IMG/VR virus record: IMGVR_UViG_3300028833_002727
Origin: a virus
Taxonomy: Duplodnaviria > Heunggongvirae > Uroviricota > Caudoviricetes
Direction: 5' to 3' (one strand)
Length of the DNA: 64,000 nt
Under the pieces are notes generated by a model. It did not search any database. It was not told the origin of the DNA and saw only the letters and a program-made list of their open reading frames with translations. Shown piece after piece: positions 19,743 to 26,982 of this stretch. Both the position numbers and the translations under genes were made by a program. How positions within the stretch are numbered: the first letter of the stretch is position 1; each line of letters opens with the position of its first letter.

Positions 19743-19760
19743 GGTACTCAATCGAGGACA
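19743..19760. repeat. 18-bp motif B, copy 6
   Basis: GGTACTCAATCGAGGACA. Confidence 0.85.
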
Positions 19761-19765
19761 ACCTA

Positions 19766-20437
19766 TTAGTCGTCCTCGCCGAATATCGCATGTGTTGCAT
19801 CTATTGCATAGTAGTAATGCCCATTACCACATCCTTTGTATTCCTCCGAATACCAAGCGCGCATTATATTATTTTTTGCATCAAATCTACACTCTACGCT
19901 ATTGTCATAGCCTTTGTGCCACCGCATACTAAACTCGCCTTTTGTTTCGATAGCGTTTGCAAACATTGGCATAAGGTTAGTTCTGCGCCAAGCGTCATAG
20001 TTGATACTCTTGATGCCTTTTTGTACCGTCCATTTTAGACAATCTACGCCACATTGACGATGATACAAACCGAGTTCCTGAGCTATTGCCTGACTCTCAT
20101 CCCACTCTGCGTGCAAGAATTTGCCCAGACGCTCATCGTCTAATTGAGCAACAATTTTGAAGTCATGCAAAAAGTTACTCCACAAACCGCTTTTCTCCAA
20201 TGTAGCAATCACCTTTTTGATGAAACTACGTGTTTTTTTGAGCAAATCTTGCTCCTTGTTGAGCGGTTCGATATTGACTACACCGGTCGAATCGAAATAG
20301 TGCCCATATTTGCGGCTGCGTTTGTTAAACTCGCAAAGGTTGCCCTCGCGCGAAAAGAATAAACGTGCTACGCGTTTGTGTCCGTCAGCGTACGTAATTA
20401 CATGTTCGTACTGCGTTGTTGAAATGTTTTGTGCCAT
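19766..20437 (-). CDS. conserved hypothetical phage protein
   Basis: 223-aa ORF; AWYSEEYKGCGNGHYY. Confidence 0.8.
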   Translation of the reverse strand: MAQNISTTQYEHVITYADGHKRVARLFFSREGNLCEFNKRSRKYGHYFDSTGVVNIEPLNKEQDLLKKTRSFIKKVIATLEKSGLWSNFLHDFKIVAQLDDERLGKFLHAEWDESQAIAQELGLYHRQCGVDCLKWTVQKGIKSINYDAWRRTNLMPMFANAIETKGEFSMRWHKGYDNSVECRFDAKNNIMRAWYSEEYKGCGNGHYYYAIDATHAIFGEDD

Positions 20438-20723
20438 AGTGATTTTCCTTTCTTTTATAGGGTTCTCTTAAAAAACTATGCAAAGGTACAAAAAAAATCT
20501 GACATACGCAAGTTTTTTGACAAAAAAACACAAAAAAAGTGTATTTTGCTAACTACACTTTACAAAATGAAGTTTTTTTGAAAATAATCACTCGGATCCT
20601 TGCATATTCCAAAAAAAAGTGTATTTTACAATATATGCGTCCGTGTACATAAAAAAAACATGCCGACTTTCCCAAGCCGACATGCCGTCAAACCATTAAA
20701 CCCTTATAGAAAGAAATCTTTGT

Positions 20724-21245
20724 TTACCCACGTAAAATATCTTTGTCCGTAAATTTGTGCGAAAAGATATTGCTATTCCATATATGCTCTAACATATCGT
20801 ATTCGCTTACGTTGTAATCACATTTGCGTTCCCACGCGTCTGCGTGACGTACACCTGCCGCGTTTACCGCTTTCAGTTCCATGTGATGAGTTCCGTCATG
20901 GTGACTTGCAGTTACTTTGATAGTACCCTCATCACTACTTTCGATAGTGATATATTCACAATCTTTTACTATTGCTGCAATGGCGTCCCTTACATCGTTA
21001 AACATCTTTGCACCATTGCGGTTGCCCATCCAAGTGCCAATCGTTCCGTATGCGATACATTTGCGCCCTGCAAACAAGTTTTTCAGTTCTTGCAGACAAT
21101 CGTCCCAATTAGCACGTTCTATCTCCGAAAGTTCGTTCCATACCTGCTCGTCAGTTACTGCGCCACCGCAAGCATCTTCCAAGTAAGCCTTTGTTTCATT
21201 AAAGTTTTCACTTACGTTAGTGTTGTCAAAATAGGTTTTTTTCAT
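20724..21245 (-). CDS. hypothetical phage protein
   Basis: Monocistronic unit. Confidence 0.8.
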   Translation of the reverse strand: MKKTYFDNTNVSENFNETKAYLEDACGGAVTDEQVWNELSEIERANWDDCLQELKNLFAGRKCIAYGTIGTWMGNRNGAKMFNDVRDAIAAIVKDCEYITIESSDEGTIKVTASHHDGTHHMELKAVNAAGVRHADAWERKCDYNVSEYDMLEHIWNSNIFSHKFTDKDILRG

Positions 21246-21430
21246 AATCGTTTATTTTCTAAATCTGATGCAAAGGTACAACTTTTTTTTCATTCTACCA
21301 AATAATTTGATAAGAAAATGTAAATTATTGCAATTTTGCAAACTCTACTTTACAAAATAAAGTTTTTCGTACGATTTATTTGCACATTCCAAATAAAAGT
21401 GTATTTTACAATATATGACGGCCGCGACAC

Positions 21431-21856
21431 AAAAAAGGACGCACTCCTTAGACGTTTGGGGGACTGCACTACTCTATACCTATCCAAACTTTGTCTAATT
21501 TGTGCGTCTAAAACGCGGGACTGCGATACGTCATTGACTGCGCTAAATATTCCGCGTTTTAATTCGGTAATGATATGTTTTAATGTAATGTATTCTAATA
21601 TGCCTACGTTTACGTGTCGGCTCTTATGCGTCTATGTCTCATACACTTGCGCTGTTTTGTGCCCACTCATTTGGGCGGTTCTACATACGATATATAAGAT
21701 TTTTCAAGTTCCGTTCTACATTGCCTTATTAGGGCGGAGGTTTATTTTTCCTCATAGTCTTGTTAAATTTGAAATTAAACAATCACTCTTTCCTTGTGCG
21801 GATCCGTGCCGCTTGTTTTTACCACATAATCTTCATATTTTCTCCTTTCTTTTATT
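21431..21856 (-). ncRNA. candidate structured non-coding RNA (~420 nt)
   Basis: Own host promoter (~21864) and terminal hairpin plus T-run; no credible ORF; AAAACGCGG/CCGCGTTTT and GACGCAC/GTGCGTC stems. Confidence 0.5.
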
Positions 21857-21923
21857 TGACACTGCAAAGGTACAACTTTTTTTTCAAATAACCAAATTTT
21901 TTGAGAAAAAAATGCAAAAAATT

Positions 21924-22118
21924 TTAATTTGCCGCTTTTAGTTGTTCCTCTGCTACTTTGTAGCACTCATCAAAATAATCTTCATCATCATACTTTTCGG
22001 TATCTTCAAAGATTTTTTGCAAATGCTCTTTATTTTCCTTTGTATATGGAAAGTTATTGAGCAAATCTTCGGGTGTCATGTCGTAAAGATTCGACAATGT
22101 GATTTTTTTCTTTGCCAT
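21924..22118 (-). CDS. small acidic protein
   Basis: Co-oriented ORF. Confidence 0.6.
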   Translation of the reverse strand: MAKKKITLSNLYDMTPEDLLNNFPYTKENKEHLQKIFEDTEKYDDEDYFDECYKVAEEQLKAAN

Positions 22119-22130
22119 AGTCAAATCTCC

Positions 22131-22382
22131 TTATAAGCACACCGCAAGATTCTCTACCGCTTTTCTACCCTCATCGGTGTGCATCTTGTATTGGAAAGAT
22201 TCTTCACGCAATAATGCACCGATAATAATCTTCGGCAACTCATAATCGTCACCATAAGCGGTAATGTCAATCGCACCGCTATTAAACGCGCGTGCAATGT
22301 TTTTACGCATGTGTTGTGCGCTTTCTCTAATCAGTTGGCGCGTCTTACGCTCAATCTCTTTTTTAAGTTGTTTCTCTGTCAT
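22131..22382 (-). CDS. hypothetical phage protein
   Basis: After promoter ~22410. Confidence 0.7.
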   Translation of the reverse strand: MTEKQLKKEIERKTRQLIRESAQHMRKNIARAFNSGAIDITAYGDDYELPKIIIGALLREESFQYKMHTDEGRKAVENLAVCL

Positions 22383-22601
22383 AATAACAATGTTTTAACG
22401 TTTCATGGTGCAAAGGTACAAAAAAAATTTGATATAGCCAAATTATATTGAATAAAAATGCAAAAAAAGTGTATTTTGCAAAGTAGAGTTTACAATTTTC
22501 ATTTTTTTGTACGAATTATTTGCACAATTCAAAAAAAAGTGTATTTTACAATATATGAAAATCAACCACAAAAAAAAAGCGACTTGTTCAGTCGCTCTCT
22601 C

Positions 22602-22814
22602 TTACGATAGCACAATCGAATTGCGCAGTTTCCACTCACCGCTTTTTTCGTCACGGAATTGGACATCTTCCCCTTGTCGGAACTCTTTTACCCAAAGTTC
22701 GTGATAGCCGTTGCACTCTTCGTCGTCACTAACAAGGACAATGTAATCCCCTTTGTTTTCTGCGACTGCTCTATTAAGCAGTTCCGCTAATTCTTTTACT
22801 GATACTGGTCGCAT
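22602..22814 (-). CDS. hypothetical phage protein
   Basis: SDDEECNGYH motif. Confidence 0.65.
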   Translation of the reverse strand: MRPVSVKELAELLNRAVAENKGDYIVLVSDDEECNGYHELWVKEFRQGEDVQFRDEKSGEWKLRNSIVLS

Positions 22815-22815
22815 A

Positions 22816-23007
22816 TTATTTCAATTTGATATTAAGTTCAACACCCGACTTGTCATAGTCATTATAATGCACATCTTTTACGCCCTCTAAACTCGGCAGT
22901 TTCATTGCCCAAAGCAATGCCTTGCGAATTATTTTGAATAGGGCGATTCTTCCCTCTTTCGTTTCGATGTGTTTCCAATCCTGGATTGTAATTGTCATTT
23001 TTTCCAT
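22816..23007 (-). CDS. hypothetical phage protein
   Basis: Tight packing. Confidence 0.6.
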   Translation of the reverse strand: MEKMTITIQDWKHIETKEGRIALFKIIRKALLWAMKLPSLEGVKDVHYNDYDKSGVELNIKLK

Positions 23008-23034
23008 ACTTTTTTTTTCCTTTCGTTTATGGGT

Positions 23035-23268
23035 TTATTTTCTTATAAAATGTTCAATCATTGAAGATACCAAAATGTAATGTGTTTTTGTTTGTTTGCA
23101 CATATCTGCGTAAGGGTTCGGATAGTCCAAAGCAAGTTCTTTGTACAAGTCTGGAAGATTCTCCTTAATCAGTTTCACAAGTCGCTTGTAATTGCATTTC
23201 CTTGCGCCTTTCATAAGTTCGTCCCACTTGCGTTTCGATATGTCACAACATCTACACTCTAAATACAT
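23035..23268 (-). CDS. hypothetical phage protein
   Basis: Co-oriented ORF. Confidence 0.65.
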   Translation of the reverse strand: MYLECRCCDISKRKWDELMKGARKCNYKRLVKLIKENLPDLYKELALDYPNPYADMCKQTKTHYILVSSMIEHFIRK

Positions 23269-23290
23269 AATTATACTCCTATTAAAAATT

Positions 23291-23308
23291 GGTACTCAAT
23301 CGAGGACA
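23291..23308. repeat. 18-bp motif B, copy 7
   Basis: GGTACTCAATCGAGGACA. Confidence 0.85.
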
Positions 23309-23317
23309 TAGGCACTA

Positions 23318-23806
23318 TTAAAAGTGCCCATTTGTCCGATACTCGTTCACACTCCACGTTCTTACAATCGCAGGCTCGTCTTCTACACATTTGTTGTAGT
23401 TCGCGCCTACTTTGCGTGAGGTGTATTTCATTCCGCTTTCGTCACGTTCGGTGCTCTCCAAACTGCGCTCATAAATCTCTTCCCACGTTCTACCGCCCTG
23501 CAAAGGTAGTGTTTCGGGTAGTACGTTCGCAAGGACAATTCCTTGCATAGTCTTTACGTGTCCTTTGCTAATCAGTTCACCAAGCAAAGCCTTGTGACAT
23601 CTGCGTTGATATTCCAACTCGTCCACACACCAATCGTCTTGAAAGTATGCAAACACATCGTTGCCTTTAATTACCACATGCAGCGGCCACTCTAACGCTT
23701 TTTTCAGCGTTTCTAACTTGTCACTCTTTGCTGCGCCAATGAATACAAGTGCGCTACCTTTTGCGGTGAGGTGACTTTTTTGTTCGCAATTTCTTTTACG
23801 TGCCAT
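23318..23806 (-). CDS. hypothetical phage protein
   Basis: Start MARKRN after promoter ~23859. Confidence 0.7.
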   Translation of the reverse strand: MARKRNCEQKSHLTAKGSALVFIGAAKSDKLETLKKALEWPLHVVIKGNDVFAYFQDDWCVDELEYQRRCHKALLGELISKGHVKTMQGIVLANVLPETLPLQGGRTWEEIYERSLESTERDESGMKYTSRKVGANYNKCVEDEPAIVRTWSVNEYRTNGHF

Positions 23807-24225
23807 AGTTTTTTTCCTTTCTATTTGAGGGTTAATAATGTTGTTTTCTAAATTCGGTGCAAAGGTACAAAAAATTTTTGACATACGCAAGCTTTTTGGA
23901 AAAAAAATTTCAAAAATCGTCATTTTTTTTAATTTTGCAAAGTCTATGTTACAAAATTCACTTTTTTTGCAAAAAAATCACTAAAAACTTGCACAATCAA
24001 AAAAGTTTTATATTTTAGAATACACGCGCGGACAAGACATAAAAAAAACGGACTATTCCTCAGTCCGTTTAATCACCAAATGCCACACATCGCGTAACAT
24101 TCTTGCATAACGCGCTCCGCGTTATCTTTACTCCTCATTTCTTGTAGTTCTTTTTCGTTCATAGGTGTTGTTCTTTCTTTTGGTTGTTAATAAATAGTTT
24201 GTTTGTCGAATAATAGGAAATGCCC

Positions 24226-24570
24226 TTAAAAGAACATTTCCTTGTATTCGCTGCGTAAATCATCCACAATCTTACGCGCTGCGCGGCAAGTTTTGCCAAT
24301 CATACCAATCGCGTAAATGTAGCGATATTCCACAATGTCTTCCGTGTCCGCACCATATTCGTTGATGCAGCCGTTTATGTGAGCGTTCAACTCATCTTCG
24401 GTAACACTCTCACCCAGACGCTCCAAACCGACTTTAATGTCGTTCTTCACGTTCTCACGCACCCATGCTTGCGCCTCTTCAAGCGTAGCAAAATCTTCGT
24501 GCTCACACTCAAACAAGTTTTCTTCCGTTCCGTAGTAAACGCGCCACGCGTTTTTAATCTTCTTTGCCAT
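24226..24570 (-). CDS. early protein, FxTxEEA-like paralog family
   Basis: EDFATLEEAQAWV. Confidence 0.75.
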   Translation of the reverse strand: MAKKIKNAWRVYYGTEENLFECEHEDFATLEEAQAWVRENVKNDIKVGLERLGESVTEDELNAHINGCINEYGADTEDIVEYRYIYAIGMIGKTCRAARKIVDDLRSEYKEMFF

Positions 24571-24724
24571 AATCGAAATTCCTTTCTTTAAGCGGTTAAT
24601 AATAAGTTCAATTCCACCTCAATGTGAAATCTGATGCAAAGTTACGAATTTTTTTTGATATATGCAAGTTTTTCGGCAACTTTTTTTCAAAATCTTAATA
24701 ATCGGCAATTCTATCTTAAAATTC

Positions 24725-24742
24725 GGTACTCATTCGAGGACA
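24725..24742. repeat. 18-bp motif B, copy 8
   Basis: GGTACTCATTCGAGGACA. Confidence 0.8.
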
Positions 24743-24778
24743 TATACCCAAAGAAAAAGAGCCTTGCGGCTCTCTCCC

Positions 24779-25168
24779 CTAATCGGTAGTTTGTAGGTAG
24801 TAACTGAGATTTTCACCCGTCCACTTTTCCATAACAAGCGCATCCGCTTTCTTCCAAAGTTCATCGTACACGCGTGCAAGTTCCTCATTACCGCGCGCGT
24901 TCTGCTCCCAAATCTTCCAATTGAGGGACATTACAAACTCGGTAAAATATACCTTGTCATTAAACCAACTTTTGACTACGTTGTTGTACGTGTCACGCAC
25001 ACTTGCGGCACCTAACCACTCTGCAAGCGATAAATCGCTAAAAAATGTAGTCTTGCGCGTATAGCCACATTCGGATGCCTGGCGCTCAAATACGCGCTCT
25101 TCGCACGCACCATACATAAACACGTTTGTCACTCCGTTCTTTGCTGCAAATTCTTGTACTTTGTTCAT
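24779..25168 (-). CDS. conserved hypothetical phage protein
   Basis: Monocistronic unit ending YYLQTTD. Confidence 0.8.
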   Translation of the reverse strand: MNKVQEFAAKNGVTNVFMYGACEERVFERQASECGYTRKTTFFSDLSLAEWLGAASVRDTYNNVVKSWFNDKVYFTEFVMSLNWKIWEQNARGNEELARVYDELWKKADALVMEKWTGENLSYYLQTTD

Positions 25169-25425
25169 AGCAATATAATTTTTAAGGGTTCAACATTACT
25201 TTTTCAATTCCGACTGCAAAGGTACAACTTTTTTTTGACATGTGCAAGAAAAATCGTATTTTTTTTCATTCTGCTAACTCTACTTTACAAAATGAAGATT
25301 TTTTGCACTTTTTTTACATAGACTCTTGCACATTTCAAAAAGTTTTATATATTGCAATATACACACATACACACGCGTACATTTGCACATATATACACTC
25401 ATAAATGAGCAGGATAAAAAGTATG

Positions 25426-25529
25426 CCCATTTTTAGCCGTTTTGAGACACTTTTAAGACAAAGGTATATAATTGTCCCATTTTTAGCCGTTTTGAGACAC
25501 TTTTAAGACAAAGGTATATAATTGTCCCA
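25426..25529. repeat. perfect 50-bp tandem duplication
   Basis: CCCATTTTTAGCCGTTTTGAGACACTTTTAAGACAAAGGTATATAATTGT x2. Confidence 0.9.
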
Positions 25530-25676
25530 AATTGTCCTAAATAATCGCTCTAAACAAAAAAACAAAAAAAATTCAAAAAAAATCACCAAACTCTTGCATA
25601 TATCAAAAATTTTTATATTTTGCAATAATTGTACGCATACACACAAAAAAAAAGCGGTATTGCTACCGCCTTTTCG

Positions 25677-26261
25677 CTATGCCGCTTTCGCTACAAGATT
25701 GTTTTTCAATGTTGTGCCGTTTAGAGTAATCTCTAAAATGTTCTCGATTTTCACAACTCGGCAAACAACTTGGTTTTCAGTCAGTCCTGCTGCTGCTTGT
25801 GTTGCGCTCGGCTTTTTCTCGGTGAATTGCTTAATCAAAGCAATTTGCTCGTCAGTCGCAGGCTTGCCGCCTACAAAATACTTGTTCTCAACTTTGCCGT
25901 TCTGCACTCCGTAGTAACGAAGATAAATCGTACCTTTGTGCTCAATGAGTTTGTTTTCTTGCCCTGCTACCCATGCGCCCCAACGCAATGCGGCTGCAAT
26001 AAAATCTATCGGTGCTCCTTGCTCTTTTGCACCGCGATTGTTTACCGCGTTCTCGTACGAATAATTTACTTGGAACTGCCCGCTTGTGAGTTTCTCAATC
26101 GGCAGAATCTCGCCGTTCTTGTTCGTCAATGCGCAAATGGCTGCTTTTTGCGACTTGTTCATGTCAGGCTCGCTGATGTAGGACATGTGAATAAATTGGC
26201 AACCTACCAACGCCTTAATTGCGTTAATCACCGTTTCAACAAAGATAGTGTTCTTTTTCAT
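25677..26261 (-). CDS. conserved hypothetical phage protein, first gene of early block
   Basis: 194-aa ORF with promoter ~26336 and GCGGTA/TACCGC terminator. Confidence 0.8.
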   Translation of the reverse strand: MKKNTIFVETVINAIKALVGCQFIHMSYISEPDMNKSQKAAICALTNKNGEILPIEKLTSGQFQVNYSYENAVNNRGAKEQGAPIDFIAAALRWGAWVAGQENKLIEHKGTIYLRYYGVQNGKVENKYFVGGKPATDEQIALIKQFTEKKPSATQAAAGLTENQVVCRVVKIENILEITLNGTTLKNNLVAKAA

Positions 26262-26738
26262 AACTAAAATGATTTAGTGCGTGTGTCACACGCGGTTAGA
26301 CTTTATGTTTTTGGACTCCCTTAATGAAATCCGGTGCAAAGGTACTGCTTTTTTTTGATATATGCAAATTTTTTTGAAAAAATCGTTCAAAAAAGTGCAT
26401 TTTGCTAACTCTACTTTGCAAAATGAAGATTTTTTGCATTTTTCTTCGTTTTTATTTGCGTATTCCAAAAAGTTTGCTATTTTACAATTTGTGCGCGTAT
26501 ATGCGTTTTTATGTGCCGCCCATTATGGTGAATATATTGTTAATAAACGAAGTTTATCAACGATATTTATATTCACTATAATGTTTGAGCGATAAAAAAC
26601 TCGCAGCAGTACAATTTACCACCTGCACTATTTAATGCGCTCAAATCGCAAATAAATGCCCTTTGTGACGATTTTATATTTAATGTATAAATCAAAAATA
26701 TAGGATATATTTTTATTATTTATACGTTAGATATAACT

Positions 26739-26882
26739 GCCCGCCCCATTGTAGGACTACCTATGCCCACCCCCATACACCCCTACCTTGCACCTCCCTT
26801 CGTAGCCCCTCCCCCTTATCCCCCCTATGTTTCCCTCCCGGCGTATATCCCAGATTTCCAACCCCTCAAATCCATAGGGCTA
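26739..26882. other. C-rich (minus-strand G-rich) non-coding tract
   Basis: Many CCC-CCCCCC runs in an AT-rich genome. Confidence 0.8.
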
Positions 26883-26937
26883 CCGAACGATCTATTTTTA
26901 GTACCGGTCTTAAAATTTTTAAAATTTGGATTTTGAA

Positions 26938-26959
26938 AAAATTTTTCCGGAAAAATTTT
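26938..26959. repeat. 22-bp perfect palindrome; core repeated at 29123-29134
   Basis: AAAATTTTTCCGGAAAAATTTT. Confidence 0.85.
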
Positions 26960-26982
26960 CATTTTTTTGAAAACTGAGTTGG

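Larger units (their letters stand above)
2061..26368 (-). promoter_or_regulatory. array of ~24 Bacteroidota primary-sigma promoters (-33 TTTG / -7 TAnnTTTG)
   Basis: GCAAAGGTA...CCAAA-like boxes on + strand at ~2061, 3286, 5073, 6040, 7419, 9030, 10349, 12254, 13828, 15071, 15927, 16923, 17613, 18388, 19074, 19654, 20480, 21270, 21864, 22410, 23859, 24635, 25216, 26336, nearly all just upstream of a minus-strand start codon. Confidence 0.9.
6104..26423. repeat. 24-bp palindrome motif A, 15 dispersed copies
   Basis: Copies start at 6104, 9095, 10413, 13892, 15991, 16987, 17677, 19138, 19718, 20544, 21334, 22474, 23933, 25269, 26400; 9-bp arms around a CTnnAC or GTnnAG-like spacer. Confidence 0.92.

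Noticed and set aside
21336-21941. 201-aa + strand ORF
   Set aside because: Runs through promoter, palindrome and terminator elements, has atypical composition and lacks a plausible start context
25426-25529. Mini CRISPR array
   Set aside because: Head-to-tail duplication with no unique spacer
6104-26423. CRISPR array interpretation of the dispersed repeats
   Set aside because: Repeats are 0.6-3.5 kb apart with genes between, are degenerate, and no cas genes are present
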